Shown: piece by piece, positions 22,357-31,530 of the stretch
Layout of the letters: every line of letters begins with the position of its first letter
How positions within the stretch are numbered: the first letter of the stretch is position 1
DNA from: an uncultured virus (IMG/VR IMGVR_UViG_3300024262_004725)
Lineage: Duplodnaviria > Heunggongvirae > Uroviricota > Caudoviricetes
Length of the DNA stretch: 64,000 nucleotides
Reading direction: 5' to 3' (one strand)
IMG/VR virus record: IMGVR_UViG_3300024262_004725
The notes under the pieces: model-generated
The model's input: the letters and a program-made list of their open reading frames with translations, nothing else
Database searches by the model: none
What the model was told of the DNA's origin: nothing
Position numbers and translations under genes: made by a program

Positions 22357-22860
22357 TGTCTGAATATTTAACTAAAAAATTAACAGATAAAGAACAAGAA
22401 ATATTTAATGATATTAAAGAATGGACTCCAATTATATTATTGGAAGTTGATATAACATGTCATGCAGTATGTCATAGTCTAGAAAGACGACATTCACCAA
22501 ATTTAGTTCATCAACGTGGAACATTTGGTTCTTTTCATCAACATTCATGGTTATACTTTAAAGATAATCCTACATTAATAATAGATGCATATCCTGTAGC
22601 TGCAATAGGTGGACCTTTGTTATTAGATCTAGGTAATGATTTAATTCTTAAAACTCCATGGAAATATATGTATTTACCAAAAGAAGATATTTGTTCTCTA
22701 GATTTTGTAAATGAACATGATGGTAATTGGTATCCATGTCCTGGCAAATTAAAAAATAATATATGTCCTCATGCTATGAGACATATGAATGAACCCATTA
22801 GAGATCGTAGAATTATGAAATATGCTACAAGTAATCTTACTAAAACGAATGTAAATTAAT

Positions 22861-25551
22861 TTGCCCCTTAAATTAAAAGAAAACTTTACTGCTAAAACTC
22901 CTTATGCAGATTGTAATACTTGTCCTTTAAGAGACAATACATTTGTACCTCCTGATGTAACAGAAATAAGAACTAAAGATGGATATTCTACATGTAATGT
23001 TGCATGGGTAGGAAATTATCCAGATGAAGAAGAAGCAAAAGCTGGACAAGTATTTATTGGAGAAGCAGGTAAATTACTTAAGCAGGTTACTCAAGGATTA
23101 AAAAAATTAATTCCTTGGATGGATAAACAGATTTATTTAAATTCTGTTCTCTGTTCTCCACATTCAAATGAAGAAGTAAATGAAGATGCTAGAAATCATT
23201 GTTATAAAGGAGTATGGCATCTTCTTGAAACTTATAAACCAGAACTTATTATTGGAATGGGACCTGAAGGATTAAAAACTACAGATGTATATACAGGAAC
23301 TATTTTAGATAAGCATGGTAGTTATACTAAAGTAAATAGACGATCGGTATTAGATCATGGTAAGAAATTTATCTCGAATATTATTAGTTCTGTTCATCCT
23401 GCCTATGTTGTACGTCCTACTGGAACAAGTTTTTATCAGGAATATGTTGATGGACTTTTTCATGGGATTTCCAATTATTTAAAACCAATTCCAGAACCTG
23501 AATATGAAATTCTTAATACAGTTGAACAAATTACTGCATTAGAAGAATTAATACCAGATAATGTTCCTGTTGCTCTTGATATTGAAACAGCTAATTTGAA
23601 ATTATATGATGAAATTATTTGTATTCAAGTTAGTTCTAAAGCTTTAAATAATAATAAATCTTATATTATTGAATGGCCCGCTAATGTAAAAATGGATTAT
23701 AATTTCTCTACTTTAAAATGGGATATTATATTTCCTGCTGAGACATATGAAGAAACTAAAATATATTATGAAAGAATAAAATCTTTTTTAGAAAATCCTA
23801 AATTTAGATTTATACTTCAAAACGCTAATTTTGATAAACCCCAATTAGGTAGTTTTGGAATTGATATAGAAGTAGAATATGATACTCTTCTTGAAAGTCA
23901 TATTACAAATGAAAATGCAAGAAGTCATTCATTAAAATATCAAGCTAGATTACGTTTAGGATGGCCTGATTGGGATACTCCTATTATGGAGTTTATTAAT
24001 AGGTATGCTAAATCTAAAAAAGAAAAAGCTGTATTTAGATGGACACAAATACCACGTAAAGAATTATATAAATATGCTGCATTTGATTCTCCTGGAACAG
24101 AAGAACTTCATCATATATTTTATGATAAAGAAATGGATGAAGGAGATAAAAATGTTCATGATGTATTTTCTATTCCAGCTCTTAATATGTTCTCAGATAT
24201 TAGGACTAGAGGATTAAGAATAGATGCAGGAAAAACTATTGGATTAGTTGATGACACTAAAAAACTTGCAGCTAAAATATTTGAAGAACGTATAGATCAA
24301 ATAGCATATGATAATGGTTTTGAAACTTTTAATCCTAATAGTCCAAAACAAGTAGCTGAATTATTATATGATAAACTAGAAATATCTCTTCCTATTGAAA
24401 GAGGAAAGGAAGTAAGATCTACTAACAAAAAATTATTTGAACAACTTCCTCAATTAGATATTATTCAAGCTATTAAAGAATATAGAGAAGCTACACATGA
24501 TATTGATGCATATTATTTAAGTATAGCAGGAGATGCTTATGGTGATATTTGTATTCATCCACATTTTGATCTTACTTTACGCACAGGTAGAATTGCTACC
24601 TCCAATCCTGCGATACTTAATGTAAAGAAAAGTTCAAGAGTAGGGGAGATGTTTATCCCTTACTATCCAAATGATTATTGGATGTTAAAAATTGACCAAG
24701 CACAATTTGAATTAAGATTTTTTGCTGGAATAACAGGTGCAGAATCTATGATTGATGCCTTTATGAAAGGTGTTGATGTACATGGTTATTTCGGAGTATT
24801 AATGGATCCTAATTATGAAAAAGCTTATGCATTAAATCCAGATGTAAGAACACGAATTAAGAATGTAGTATTTGGTACTTTATTTAATGCTGGAGATTAT
24901 CAAAATGCAATTTCTGCTACTCCATCAGCTTTACAAGCATTAAGACTTTCAGATCTTTCTTATTATGAACAAGTAGTAACAGATAAGCAAGCTTATGAAT
25001 TTTGGTTCCAAAGTTTAATTCAGGAAATGAAGAAAGTTAGAGAAGCTTTTAATGAACTTTGTCCTGAAGCTGATGAATTTAAAGATACTATTAAAAATGA
25101 AATCTTTGATAAAGGATATATAGAAACTGTTACTGGACGTAAACGACATTGTCCTTTAGTTCCTAATGATAATAAAGCTTTCAAACACTTATTAAATCAA
25201 ATGATTAACTCGCCAGTACAGGGACCTGCGAGTGAAATTAATGTAGCAGCTGCAGTGGATGTGCATAATCATTATGAAAATTCTATGGACGCTTTTGTGG
25301 ATACAACATATCATGATGCAATCTTTGTTGAAGCGGATAAAAACAATTGGGAAGAAGTCTTAACAACAACTACGGAGTATATGACAAGTGCTCCAGCAAG
25401 ATACTTAGGAGATAAATATCCAATATTTAAAGAGGTGCCTTTTGCAGTAGAAGCAGAGATTGGAACTAATTGGAAAAATACAACCAAAGTTTCAAAAATT
25501 GATAACAAATGGGTAGTAGAAAATCCAGATAAGATTGGAATGAAAGTATAA
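22861..25551 (+). CDS. polA: Family A DNA polymerase with N-terminal family-4 UDG-like domain and 3'-5' exonuclease
   Basis: UDG4: CNTCPL, FIGEAG, HPAY. Exonuclease: LDIET, NANFD, YAAFD. Polymerase: TGRI, DQAQFELR, KNVVFG, NSPVQG, HDAI. Confidence 0.92.
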   Translation: MPLKLKENFTAKTPYADCNTCPLRDNTFVPPDVTEIRTKDGYSTCNVAWVGNYPDEEEAKAGQVFIGEAGKLLKQVTQGLKKLIPWMDKQIYLNSVLCSPHSNEEVNEDARNHCYKGVWHLLETYKPELIIGMGPEGLKTTDVYTGTILDKHGSYTKVNRRSVLDHGKKFISNIISSVHPAYVVRPTGTSFYQEYVDGLFHGISNYLKPIPEPEYEILNTVEQITALEELIPDNVPVALDIETANLKLYDEIICIQVSSKALNNNKSYIIEWPANVKMDYNFSTLKWDIIFPAETYEETKIYYERIKSFLENPKFRFILQNANFDKPQLGSFGIDIEVEYDTLLESHITNENARSHSLKYQARLRLGWPDWDTPIMEFINRYAKSKKEKAVFRWTQIPRKELYKYAAFDSPGTEELHHIFYDKEMDEGDKNVHDVFSIPALNMFSDIRTRGLRIDAGKTIGLVDDTKKLAAKIFEERIDQIAYDNGFETFNPNSPKQVAELLYDKLEISLPIERGKEVRSTNKKLFEQLPQLDIIQAIKEYREATHDIDAYYLSIAGDAYGDICIHPHFDLTLRTGRIATSNPAILNVKKSSRVGEMFIPYYPNDYWMLKIDQAQFELRFFAGITGAESMIDAFMKGVDVHGYFGVLMDPNYEKAYALNPDVRTRIKNVVFGTLFNAGDYQNAISATPSALQALRLSDLSYYEQVVTDKQAYEFWFQSLIQEMKKVREAFNELCPEADEFKDTIKNEIFDKGYIETVTGRKRHCPLVPNDNKAFKHLLNQMINSPVQGPASEINVAAAVDVHNHYENSMDAFVDTTYHDAIFVEADKNNWEEVLTTTTEYMTSAPARYLGDKYPIFKEVPFAVEAEIGTNWKNTTKVSKIDNKWVVENPDKIGMKV

Positions 25552-26243
25552 TGGAAGAAAACGAATCAATTATTCAAGATATTATAGAAGATGATGATGT
25601 ATCTCCTCTTGCTGATGTGCTAGGAACTACAGAAGAAGTTGAAGAAGTAGAAGAGTTATCAGAAGCAGAACAAATTCGAGTTACTCTTCGTAGTGTTCTA
25701 AAAACTGATGAAGCAGTTGATATAGATAATTTACCAGAACCTTTAATTAAATTTGAAAGTCAACGTGCAATTTATCAAGATGAAGTTTCAGAACGATTTG
25801 TTCCATGTAGTTTAGATGGAGCTTATATTCCTAATGATTTGTATTTGAATGATACATTTTTTGAGGAATATTTAAATCAATTAGCTAAATTACCTTTATC
25901 TGCTGAAACTTATATTAAAATTTTATTTTCAGATTTGTATCAAGTACTTCAACCAAATGCATTATCAATAACAATTTCATTCCATGATTTAGGAATGTCA
26001 ATTAAATCATTAAAACTTTCTTCTGAAGATATGGAAACTGGTGAAGAATATAATCCACAAGTTCCTGGTCCTCAACCTACTTCTAGTTATGCAGATACAG
26101 CAGAAAATGAAGAAGAAACTAATGTTGAAGAAAAAGCAACAAACGAAGATGATAATTTAGAAATTGTTCCTAATGTAAGTTTTAATGGTGGACCTGATTT
26201 TAGTAATGTTCCAAAAACAAGTGAAGATGCAGAAGAGTATTAA
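25551..26243 (+). CDS. Acidic protein with a degenerate QueF-like (T-fold) core
   Basis: YIPNDLYL...YL...SAETYIKILFSDLYQVLQPNALSITISF parallels the C-terminal half of QueF. Confidence 0.45.
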   Translation: MEENESIIQDIIEDDDVSPLADVLGTTEEVEEVEELSEAEQIRVTLRSVLKTDEAVDIDNLPEPLIKFESQRAIYQDEVSERFVPCSLDGAYIPNDLYLNDTFFEEYLNQLAKLPLSAETYIKILFSDLYQVLQPNALSITISFHDLGMSIKSLKLSSEDMETGEEYNPQVPGPQPTSSYADTAENEEETNVEEKATNEDDNLEIVPNVSFNGGPDFSNVPKTSEDAEEY

Positions 26244-26273
26244 GATTAATTAATTAAATAAATAATATAAATT

Positions 26274-26304
26274 GAGCGTATTTCTTTTGATCTACGCTCT
26301 TTTT
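26274..26304 (+). terminator. Rho-independent terminator ending the replication module
   Basis: GAGCGTA...TACGCTC followed by a T-tract. Confidence 0.7.
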
Positions 26305-26332
26305 ATGTCTAAATAAATAGAGTTACAAGGAA

Positions 26333-26378
26333 TAAGATGGGGGTGAAGCGTTCCTTGCTAATTTATCCCGTTTATAAT
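26333..26378 (+). promoter_or_regulatory. Probable promoter of the capsid gene
   Basis: TAAGATGGGGGT is identical to 12531-12542; TATAAT at 26373-26378; the -35 is weak. Confidence 0.55.
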
Positions 26379-26549
26379 AACATATGACTTGAGGAAGTTT
26401 TGTCATACTTACTAACAATAAACTTAGTTTAATCTATTAGAATTGTTTGGTGGATAAAACTTACTCACTAATGACGGCGTTAAATATTTTTAATTAAGTA
26501 TTTAACTTTCAAAGTTCTCTTGTAGAACGGGAAGGAGGAAAAAAGCAAC

Positions 26550-26756
26550 ATGGCAATGGTACCTTTACTTATCGGTGGCCTTATCGCGCTAGTTGTAGGT
26601 GTTTCTCTCGTTCCGACGATTGTGACTACCGTCAACAACTTGGACACTGGTACAACTCCACAGACTGTGCTTGACTTGGTTGATCTCTTACCGATCATCT
26701 TCGTTGCGTCACTTATCGTGGCCGCAGTGTCTCTGTTCTTCGCACGACGTTCTTAA
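26550..26756 (+). CDS. Putative major capsid protein, spindle-shaped virus (SSV1 VP1-like) two-helix hairpin
   Basis: Two hydrophobic helices flank PTIVTTVNNLDTGTTPQ, with a basic C-terminus. Perfect AAGGAGG RBS (26532-26538), own promoter and terminator, distinct codon usage. Confidence 0.8.
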   Translation: MAMVPLLIGGLIALVVGVSLVPTIVTTVNNLDTGTTPQTVLDLVDLLPIIFVASLIVAAVSLFFARRS

Positions 26757-26819
26757 TACGACAACGACACGTAAGAACGTAGTGTTTAATTACTAGAATT
26801 TATTAAAGAAATTTTATCT

Positions 26820-26866
26820 TAGGGTTGGGGAGGTTTTACTTATGAAGCTTTTCCAACCCTATTTTT
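26820..26866 (+). terminator. Rho-independent terminator after the capsid gene
   Basis: TAGGGTTGG...CCAACCCTA followed by TTTTT. Confidence 0.75.
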
Positions 26867-26894
26867 AAATCTAATTAAAGAGAATAAAAATTAC

Positions 26895-28472
26895 ATGGCT
26901 TTCTTTAAAAATAAAAGTGAAGAAGAGATTTCGGAAGAAGAACAAAAAGAATCTTCTTTAGAAATTGTTAAAGATAATTTTAGTAGTGCAAGAAAACTTG
27001 AGCCTATTCAAGGTCCACAAGTTGCACCTCAAGTAGAACCTGAAGAACCTGTAATTAAAAAAGGTTTTTCACAAATTCCTGATTTATCTACTCCTGAAGC
27101 TAATGTTTCATCAAAAGAAGAAGCAGATAAAATAGTTAATGATGGACTGCAAGTTGCTAAAGAATTAGATATTAAATATCCATCAAAGTCATCTGAACTG
27201 GTTGCTTCTACTTCTACTCCAGGATTACGAGAAACAACAAAACCTAAAACTCCGCTTACAGAAGAACAAGCAGGAGATATTGTTAGTGATAGACTTAAAG
27301 TAGCTAAAGAATTAGAAGTTCAATCTACTTCAGTTGCTATTCCACAATCCCGTAATCAAAGATTTAAAGATTTAGCAAAACGTACAGGAAGTAGTATTAA
27401 AAGATCTTCAAGTACAGCTGGTAGTTTAGCTTCTGATATTACTTCTGACGTTACTGGTCAAATTGTAGATGTTAGTAGAACTGTAGGATCTACAGGAAAA
27501 GCATTAGTTAGTTTAGAAAAACGAAGAATTGGTCAAGGAATTGAAAATCTTCGTACAAATCCTGAACTTCAACAAAATGTTAGAGAATTAGGAAATAACT
27601 CAGCTACAATTGGTAGATCATTAATTAAAGCTCCTATAGGAACCGCTAAAATTGGGGGCCGTAGTTTAGTTGGTGTTGGTAACTTAGGTATTTCTAGTAT
27701 TAATGTAGCAGCTCCTATTGGAAATAGGGGATTAAAAGGTGTTGGACGTTTTGCTAGAGGGGTAATTAAAGGCGATGATTTAAGTAAACTTTCTGATAGA
27801 GAGCGTGAATTAATTGCTATTTCATCAGGCCAAGGTCGCCCTTTAACTCAACAAGAACTTCAAGCTAATCAAGCAGAAATTACTCGATTAGAAGAACGAA
27901 ATGATCTTATTGGAAAAACTCTTCTTAAACCTCCTGATACATTAACAAATGAAGTAGCAAAAATTCTTGGAAGAGAATTTGAAACTAATAATAATAAAAT
28001 AGAAGCTTTAAAGAAACAAAAAACAAAAGCAGCTTCTACAACCGATATGGCAATAGCCTCTGAAGAAGCTAAAAGAGTTTCAGAAGCTAGAAAAAATAAA
28101 GCACAAGTACGTCAAAAGAAAGTTGATGCATTAAAGAAAGATTTTACTCAAACTAAAGCAAATGTTGCAGAAACTGCAAGTAGATTTGCTGATAATTTAG
28201 GTGAAAGTTTAATGTCTTTTGACAGACCTGAATTTGATTTTAGTGAACCAGAATTTGAAACTGACCCTTTTACTGATATGGATGAGTTAAGAATGCCTGC
28301 ACGTTCGCATTCTCGTTCTCGTTCTACAGGTGGTAGCAATGATATTTCAAAGTTAATTACTCAATTGCAATTAGATGGTCAGAATCCTAAAGTTAAACAA
28401 GACATTATAGATTTAAAACGAGGCAAACAAGAGGAAACCACAATTAAGTTTAGGCGCCCTCTTAAGCGATAA
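26895..28472 (+). CDS. Hypothetical low-complexity/coiled-coil protein (possible internal virion protein)
   Basis: 525-aa ORF right after the capsid gene, with an internal repeat (IVxDxLxVAKEL). Confidence 0.6.
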   Translation: MAFFKNKSEEEISEEEQKESSLEIVKDNFSSARKLEPIQGPQVAPQVEPEEPVIKKGFSQIPDLSTPEANVSSKEEADKIVNDGLQVAKELDIKYPSKSSELVASTSTPGLRETTKPKTPLTEEQAGDIVSDRLKVAKELEVQSTSVAIPQSRNQRFKDLAKRTGSSIKRSSSTAGSLASDITSDVTGQIVDVSRTVGSTGKALVSLEKRRIGQGIENLRTNPELQQNVRELGNNSATIGRSLIKAPIGTAKIGGRSLVGVGNLGISSINVAAPIGNRGLKGVGRFARGVIKGDDLSKLSDRERELIAISSGQGRPLTQQELQANQAEITRLEERNDLIGKTLLKPPDTLTNEVAKILGREFETNNNKIEALKKQKTKAASTTDMAIASEEAKRVSEARKNKAQVRQKKVDALKKDFTQTKANVAETASRFADNLGESLMSFDRPEFDFSEPEFETDPFTDMDELRMPARSHSRSRSTGGSNDISKLITQLQLDGQNPKVKQDIIDLKRGKQEETTIKFRRPLKR

Positions 28473-28475
28473 ATT

Positions 28476-28829
28476 ATGACAACTCCATCACAACTTAAAG
28501 AAAATTTATTAATGCCAGGAGATACGGTAAGAGTACCTGTTGGTAGAGGCTGGAAAAAAGCAAAAATAGTAAAGAAACTTGGCGATAGTATTGTTCGTAT
28601 AAAGTTTCGTTCTATGGGTTTAATTAAAGAAGTCGATATTGATATAAGTGCTATTATGACTGAAGAAGAAGTAAAAGCATTTTCAAAATCTGGAGGGAAT
28701 ACTCAAATTGTAAGACGTCAAGGTACTACTATGATGGGTAATACTTCTAATGAAGAATTAAACCCTACAGATGAAGAAATTATTGGAAAAAATAATGGAA
28801 AACGAAAACGTTTTCTTGGTGTTCTTTAA
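28476..28829 (+). CDS. SH3/Tudor-like beta-barrel protein
   Basis: PGDTVRVPVGRGWKKAKIVKKLGDSIVRIKF. Confidence 0.45.
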   Translation: MTTPSQLKENLLMPGDTVRVPVGRGWKKAKIVKKLGDSIVRIKFRSMGLIKEVDIDISAIMTEEEVKAFSKSGGNTQIVRRQGTTMMGNTSNEELNPTDEEIIGKNNGKRKRFLGVL

Positions 28830-29931
28830 AGAGGAAAAGCTAAAATGAGTAGTTACGATAACATGAGCATTATGGATCTCAGTGCTAAAATTGGGGAAAC
28901 AGAACGAAAAATTCGTGAAATTCAAGTTACTGATGATATGGGTGCAGGTTCTCAAGGTCGTATTCGTAAATTAAATGCTGAACTTGAAGCATTAAATAAA
29001 TCAGTAAAAGGCCGTAATAGTATTGACTCTCCTATGATGGGTAAGGGGGGATCTATGACTTTTGACAAGAGTGACTTTGGTTAAATTTCATGGCTAACCT
29101 TGATTCTTTATTAGGTGACATAGAACAACAAGTAAAAGTTCTTAATCATTTATCTAACACATTAAATGTTAGCCCTGAACGTTTAGCTAAATTATTAGAT
29201 TTTATTGATATGTCTCCACAAGATTTTAATGCATTAACTATAGATCAACAACGTGACCTGTTTAATCAATTTCGGAGACTTGAAAGGCAAGGAAAAATTT
29301 AATGTATTTAGAAAACAGAAATCTTTTAAATGATTATGATATTAATATTATAAAAAGAGCATCTGATAATCAACTTCTTAGATTGCAAAGACAAATTGAA
29401 GAACGTATATTTTCTTTCAAAAAACATGAAAATATAAAAGAAGGTTATGCAAAAGGTATTGTAGAAAAAGAATTAAATAAAGCTACTATGTTATTAAATG
29501 CAGTTGAAGAAGAATTAATTAGTCGCGGACTTTCCTCGGAGTTTAATTAAATGGCAAATAGACATTTTGAAGATGATTTAACTTTTGATGAATTAACTCC
29601 TGAAGAACAGGAAGATATTCGTTACGAAAACTTTTTAGTAGAAATTAAGTATAATGACTTTAATGCCAAGACAAAAAGAAGCAGTTACTAGGCTTCTTGC
29701 TATTTATAAGTTAATTAAACGTGGTGGCTTGCGAGATTTAAATACTTCGCAAGTAGATACATTACAGAATAAAGTTTTTGCTGATTTAGATACTCTCCCC
29801 GATATTAAAGTAGTGAATAATAAAATTGATATTGTTATTCATGATTTAGGGGTTGAATTAGAAAAACGTACAGGTAGAATTTCTGCTGGTGCACATATTT
29901 TTGATGATTCTTTAGATAGTTAGGAATTAAA

Positions 29932-30831
29932 ATGACAGAAGAAATTAAATTACCCTCAAATCTGCCTAGGAATCCTAATCCCCCAGAAGAAAGACCTACA
30001 ACATCACCTATAACTAGTGAGCCAACTACAGTAGGTGGTGGTGGACCAAATCCTATTGAAGAACAAAAACAATTCTTTAGAGATCCTCCTTCAGTAGGTG
30101 GTGGTGGACCAAATCCTATTGAAGAACAAAAACAATTCTTTAGAGATCCTCCTTCAGTAGGTGGTGGTGGACCAAATCCTATTGAAGAACAAAAACAATT
30201 CTTTAGAGATCCTCCTTCAGTAGGTGGTGGTGGACCAAATCCTATTGAAGAACAAAAACAATTCTTTAGAGATCCTCCTACACCTGATGGCGGGCCTTTA
30301 GAATTAAAGACATCAGATAGAAAACCTTTAGATAATAAATTTGTACCTATTCAATTAGATGCAGAAGAAATTCTGCAAATGAATAGTAATCCATTAGAAA
30401 CAACGGGTATTCCAAATGCTTTAGAAATTAATTCTGCAGATCTTCCTCAATTAGATCAAGATATGAATACTGATTTTGATGAAGAAGCAGATAGAGTTTT
30501 TAGATCTGCTAGAACTGAAGACTTTGAAGCATCTTTAACTTCTTTAGATGATAAAGCTCCAAAAGCAGATAAAAAATCTCCAATAATTAATATTGATGTT
30601 AGTGCTTTAACTGGAGATACAACTAAATTAGCAAAAACAGTTACTGAAAGTAAGAAATTAGAACGTTTTATAAAGAAAGCATCTCTCCCTTCTTTAGTAG
30701 ATGCAAAAAATAGATTAGATCAACTATTAGAATCTAATACTGATGAAAAAGATGATATAAGACATTACAAACTTAATTTGTTAAATGCATTAGCAGATGA
30801 AATTTCATCTAGAAGCCTGAGTGAATTTTAA
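29932..30831 (+). CDS. Pro/Gly-rich repeat protein with C-terminal helical domain
   Basis: Four copies of VGGGGPNPIEEQKQFFRDPP(S/T). Confidence 0.75.
   Translation: MTEEIKLPSNLPRNPNPPEERPTTSPITSEPTTVGGGGPNPIEEQKQFFRDPPSVGGGGPNPIEEQKQFFRDPPSVGGGGPNPIEEQKQFFRDPPSVGGGGPNPIEEQKQFFRDPPTPDGGPLELKTSDRKPLDNKFVPIQLDAEEILQMNSNPLETTGIPNALEINSADLPQLDQDMNTDFDEEADRVFRSARTEDFEASLTSLDDKAPKADKKSPIINIDVSALTGDTTKLAKTVTESKKLERFIKKASLPSLVDAKNRLDQLLESNTDEKDDIRHYKLNLLNALADEISSRSLSEF
30029..30279 (+). repeat. Perfect 63-bp coding tandem repeat, 4 copies
   Basis: Units start at 30029, 30092, 30155 and 30218. Confidence 0.95.
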
Positions 30832-31001
30832 TGGGACTCAATATACCTGATTTACTAGCTGACATTGGCGAAATTGAAAGATAAAGAGCAGATGAATTAA
30901 ATAAAGAATATCCCGATTCAGCTAAATTAGCTAAACTTAAAAGTAGAGAACGTTTAATTAATTTAGATATTAAAATACTTAAAAAAGTAGGGAAAATTTA
31001 A
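30831..31001 (+). pseudogene. Small ORF with in-frame TAA at 30882-30884
   Basis: MGLNIPDLLADIGEIER*RADELNKEYPDSAKLAKLKSRERLINLDIKILKKVGKI*. Confidence 0.5.
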
Positions 31002-31530
31002 TAGGATTTTATTATGCCAATTAAAGTATTAGCTGAAATGTTAGCTGTAGATATAAGAACCCCAGTCTTTGATGATGAGCGGCAGGATCAAACGCATTTT
31101 GTAATTGAACGTAAATCTGGAGAGGAAAGAATTCCTCAATTTATTATTAGATTTAGGGGAAATAGTTTAACTGATGAAGTTCTTTTATTTAGAAATCCTG
31201 AACGCGTGCATGGAACATTAAAAGTAGAATATCTTTCAGAAGAACAAGTTAAAAAAGCAGCTGCTAAATGGATGAATAACAAACTTGGTGGATTTCATTC
31301 ATGACCCAAAAAGAAGAGATGGAAAAAGAGTTAAAAAAACTTAATAAAAATATTATTCAACATGTAGTAGAACGTAAAGTTCCTATTATGACTAAAGTTA
31401 AAGCTTTAGAAAAAGTTGAATTTATATTAAATAATGAAATAACAGCACTTATTGACCCTAGTATTATTGACGATTTCAAAAATACTAAACAACGATTAGA
31501 ACATTCTATTCGCACTGGACGTTAAATTTT

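Noticed and set aside
26480..26698. Minus-strand ORF over the capsid gene, and the other short minus-strand ORFs in the track
   Set aside because: Antisense shadows of well-supported + strand genes, with no RBS or promoter support.
26550..26756. Holin, type IV pilin or inovirus coat protein
   Set aside because: No adjacent endolysin and no class III signal peptide motif. The loop matches the spindle-virus capsid pattern and the genome carries large dsDNA replication machinery. Not formally excluded without a profile search.
30029..30279. CRISPR array
   Set aside because: Head-to-tail identical 63-bp units with no spacers, in frame within a CDS.
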